Part shown: in pieces, positions 62,732-64,000 of the stretch
Layout: each line of letters opens with the position of its first letter
Numbering within the stretch: position 1 is the first letter of the stretch
DNA from: Escherichia coli
GTDB taxonomy: Bacteria > Pseudomonadota > Gammaproteobacteria > Enterobacterales > Enterobacteriaceae
Reading direction: 5' to 3' (one strand)
Assembly: GCF_024223415.1 (NCBI RefSeq)
Contig: NZ_CP100500.1
DNA: 64,000 nt
Program-made: the position numbers and the translations under genes
Notes under the pieces: generated by a model
Database searches by the model: none
Told to the model about the DNA's origin: nothing
What the model saw: only the letters and a program-made list of their open reading frames with translations

Positions 62732-63985
62732 GTGAGTCACTGGGCTACATTCAAACAAACAGCAACAAATTTATGGGTGACCCTACGGCACGACATTCTC
62801 GCGCTGGCCGTCTTTTTAAATGGATTGCTTATTTTTAAAACAATCTATGGTATGTCGGTCAATTTGCTTGATATTTTCCATATCAAAGCATTTTCAGAGT
62901 TGGATCTCTCCTTGCTGGCAAACGCCCCACTATTTATGCTCGGCGTCTTTCTTGTCCTGAACTCCATTGGCTTACTGTTCCGGGCAAAGCTCGCATGGGC
63001 AATCAGTATCATTTTGTTGTTGATAGCGCTAATTTACACCCTGCATTTTTATCCCTGGCTGAAATTTAGTATTGGATTTTGCATTTTTACGCTGGTGTTT
63101 TTGCTGATACTGCGCAAAGACTTCTCCCACAGTAGCGCCGCAGCCGGGACAATTTTTGCATTTATTAGTTTCACGACATTACTGTTTTACTCAACCTACG
63201 GTGCGCTTTATTTAAGCGAAGGTTTTAATCCGCGAATAGAAAGTTTGATGACCGCGTTCTATTTTTCGATAGAAACCATGTCAACCGTCGGCTATGGCGA
63301 TATTGTCCCTGTTTCTGAATCAGCACGATTGTTCACTATTTCGGTCATTATTTCCGGCATTACCGTTTTTGCCACATCTATGACCTCAATTTTTGGTCCG
63401 CTTATCCGCGGGGGATTCAACAAACTTGTAAAAGGAAACAATCATACAATGCATCGTAAAGATCATTTTATTGTTTGCGGACATTCGATTCTCGCCATCA
63501 ATACGATCCTGCAACTGAATCAACGCGGACAAAACGTAACGGTTATCAGCAACTTGCCTGAAGATGATATCAAGCAACTTGAGCAACGCTTAGGCGATAA
63601 CGCTGATGTTATCCCCGGTGACAGTAATGACAGTTCAGTATTAAAGAAAGCGGGAATCGATCGTTGCCGGGCCATTCTGGCGCTGAGTGATAACGATGCA
63701 GATAACGCGTTTGTTGTACTCTCGGCAAAAGATATGAGCAGTGATGTCAAAACAGTTCTCGCCGTCAGTGATAGCAAAAACCTGAATAAGATTAAGATGG
63801 TACATCCGGATATCATTCTCTCACCGCAACTGTTTGGCAGCGAAATTCTGGCGCGAGTTTTAAATGGTGAAGAGATTAATAATGATATGCTCGTTTCAAT
63901 GTTGTTGAACTCAGGTCATGGTATTTTCAGCGATAACGATGAACAAGAAACGAAAGCTGACAGTAAAGAATCGGCGCAAAAATAG
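62732..63985 (+). CDS. kch: Voltage-gated potassium channel Kch
   Basis: GTG at 62732 gives 417 aa (M)SHWATFKQ..; selectivity filter TVGYGD; RCK domain. Confidence 0.92.
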   Translation: MSHWATFKQTATNLWVTLRHDILALAVFLNGLLIFKTIYGMSVNLLDIFHIKAFSELDLSLLANAPLFMLGVFLVLNSIGLLFRAKLAWAISIILLLIALIYTLHFYPWLKFSIGFCIFTLVFLLILRKDFSHSSAAAGTIFAFISFTTLLFYSTYGALYLSEGFNPRIESLMTAFYFSIETMSTVGYGDIVPVSESARLFTISVIISGITVFATSMTSIFGPLIRGGFNKLVKGNNHTMHRKDHFIVCGHSILAINTILQLNQRGQNVTVISNLPEDDIKQLEQRLGDNADVIPGDSNDSSVLKKAGIDRCRAILALSDNDADNAFVVLSAKDMSSDVKTVLAVSDSKNLNKIKMVHPDIILSPQLFGSEILARVLNGEEINNDMLVSMLLNSGHGIFSDNDEQETKADSKESAQK

Positions 63986-64000
63986 AGTTTAAAGACGGAA

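Overview
Escherichia coli chromosomal window in three parts. (1) 1-12.3 kb: the conserved lpxM-mepM-znuA/znuCB-ruvBA-yebB-ruvC-yebC-nudB-aspS-yecD block, ending in a yecE gene cut after codon 32. (2) about 12.3-58.3 kb: a complete cos-type lambdoid prophage of roughly 46 kb, with late genes on the minus strand and the immunity/recombination/integration arm on the plus strand. Reading down the minus strand it runs cro-like, YdaT-like, YdaU-like and lambda-P-like replication genes, a nin region (hok, lipoprotein, DUF968, rusA), Q-like antiterminator, tR', tRNA cluster, pinholin/SAR-endolysin/Rz-Rz1, cos, Nu1-A-W-B-C-D-E-FI-FII-Z-U-V-G/T-H-M-L-K-I-J, collagen-repeat side tail fibre, and an Eib-like trimeric autotransporter. 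On the plus strand: CI-like repressor, Rha, a RecE-N-terminus/DEDDh-exonuclease fusion, xis and int. (3) 58.3-64 kb: ompW-yciC-yciB-yciA-tonB-yciI-kch, inverted relative to the yecE side when compared with K-12. The most notable points are that one prophage bridges two separate known phage integration sites (yecE and ompW), implying a large prophage-mediated chromosomal inversion; several cargo genes sit in unusual positions (a TonB-C-domain lipoprotein next to cos, a lipoprotein with its own terminator between tail genes I and J, a convergent gene inside the lysis cassette); the stx-phage-like tRNA cluster is present without stx; and the leftward early region has no recognisable N gene. All calls come from reading the sequence and remembered protein families; no database search was run.
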